The notes below the pieces were generated by a model. That model was not told where the DNA came from, did not search any database, and was given only the letters and a program-made list of their open reading frames with translations. A DNA stretch of 64,000 nt from Elsinoe ampelina (lineage: Eukaryota), in assembly GCA_010093995.1 (NCBI GenBank), contig ML992502.1:2612728-2676727 (forward strand), given 5' to 3'. A program made the translations under genes and the position numbers. How positions within the stretch are numbered: position 1 is the stretch's first letter; each line of letters starts with the position of its first letter. Shown piece after piece: positions 62,919 to 64,000 of the stretch.

Positions 62919-63179
62919 GTTGTTCTCGGTGTCAAATCACGTGATGTTGTAGCAGGCACGTGGGTTCAATTCTCATCAGCCGACTTATTTTTGAGCGAAA
63001 TAGTCTTCATTAGTCTAAAAATAATGGCATCGTAGCAGTTCAGAAAATAACTAGGTAGTTTGCCGATTAGAAGAAATTCGTCATGTGACGCTCGCCCCCC
63101 CAAGGACTGCCCCCGTGAATTCAACGCCTTAGATAACTACAATCTATCCCACTAGATCGAAACTTCATCCATTTTTATC

Positions 63180-64000
63180 ATGCCTTCTGCAGTGGAACAA
63201 GCCTTGGTGACACTTGTGCCGTCTGTCAATAATCTTCCCATCGAATTGACGAGTCTTGCCAATGCGTTGTTGATGCAATCTCGCTCAAAAGCAGCGAAAC
63301 TCAAACCTGACGAGGAGATCGCCAGAACATATGTCTGCAGTCACATTGCTTGCGAAAGGTAAGTTCTGAGCGTGTCTGATCATGTCATAGTCGCGAATGA
63401 CGACGAAGGCTAACGTGGACGGCACAGGCTCAAGTCTCGACTCGGTTTAGAAATACAGCCACGACCGCCGGTCCCACCACGAGTGTACAAGAAGCTCAAA
63501 GCATTCTTTGACAAGCAACTTGATGTCCCATCGACTCCGAGCGCCGTTCGTCAGGTCGATGCGCTCAACCGAAGTGGTGCGGATAGCTCACGTAAAGCTA
63601 CCCCCGCTTCAAACAGGAGTGCGGTGACGCCGTCGTCCCGCAAACGCCTCCGTGATACCCAAGACGACACTCCGAGCAAGACTCCCGCCGGTGTTGTGCT
63701 ACCGGAGACTGGAGGTGACGATGCGGACACCCCATCTCGAAGGTCCGAGAAGCGTGCTCGCCCATCATCAGCCAAGGATCTAGCTGAGCTCGCAGCCGGC
63801 GCCACGAAGTCACCGAACCGCAAGTCTGGGAGGCTGTTCGCACCATCTCCGAATAAGCAGAATGCGCCACCTGAGTGGGTAGATGACATGATTGCAAGAC
63901 TGGCAAACAAATTTGAGGCTCCTGCCGCCACCCATATTCGCGCCGGCCTTGACCATGTTCTCGCAGTGCGAGGCTTCTCGATCGAAGATGCGCTGGATGC
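63180..64000 (+). CDS. ORC6: Origin recognition complex subunit 6 (5' part, runs off the window)
   Basis: VEQALVTLVP...LANALLMQSRSKAAKLKPDEEIARTYVCSHIACER, intron at about 63359-63428, then LKSRL...PRPPVPPRVYKKL. Confidence 0.88.

Overview
This is a gene-dense, intron-containing window from a filamentous ascomycete (Pezizomycotina; GT-AG introns with CTRAY branch points). It holds about 24 protein-coding loci. Conserved core genes are KEI1, YPT6/RAB6, NOP53, a CSC1/OSCA channel, IML1, TRM2, MRPS5, DAD3, an NRC-2/FPK1 kinase, a large PPR protein, ERG8, a UBL3-like protein, ARC1, CLR2 and ORC6. An accessory-looking block at about 12.6-27.5 kb carries a HeLo-like/kinase-like gene, an SDR and a four-gene catabolic-type cluster in which the transporter and both enzymes have stops or frameshifts while the Zn2Cys6 regulator is intact. 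The most striking unexplained elements are non-coding. (1) A duplicated ~160-nt structured-RNA candidate lies between CLR2 and ORC6, with a compensatory base change, an upstream TATA, a T-run and a downstream B-box-like motif. (2) Four copies of a 31-bp palindromic repeat upstream of IML1 double as spliceosomal branch/acceptor signals. (3) A 43-bp minisatellite has a higher-order period. (4) C-rich to G-rich strand switches recur at convergent gene ends. All product calls come from motif recognition by eye; no database searches were run.
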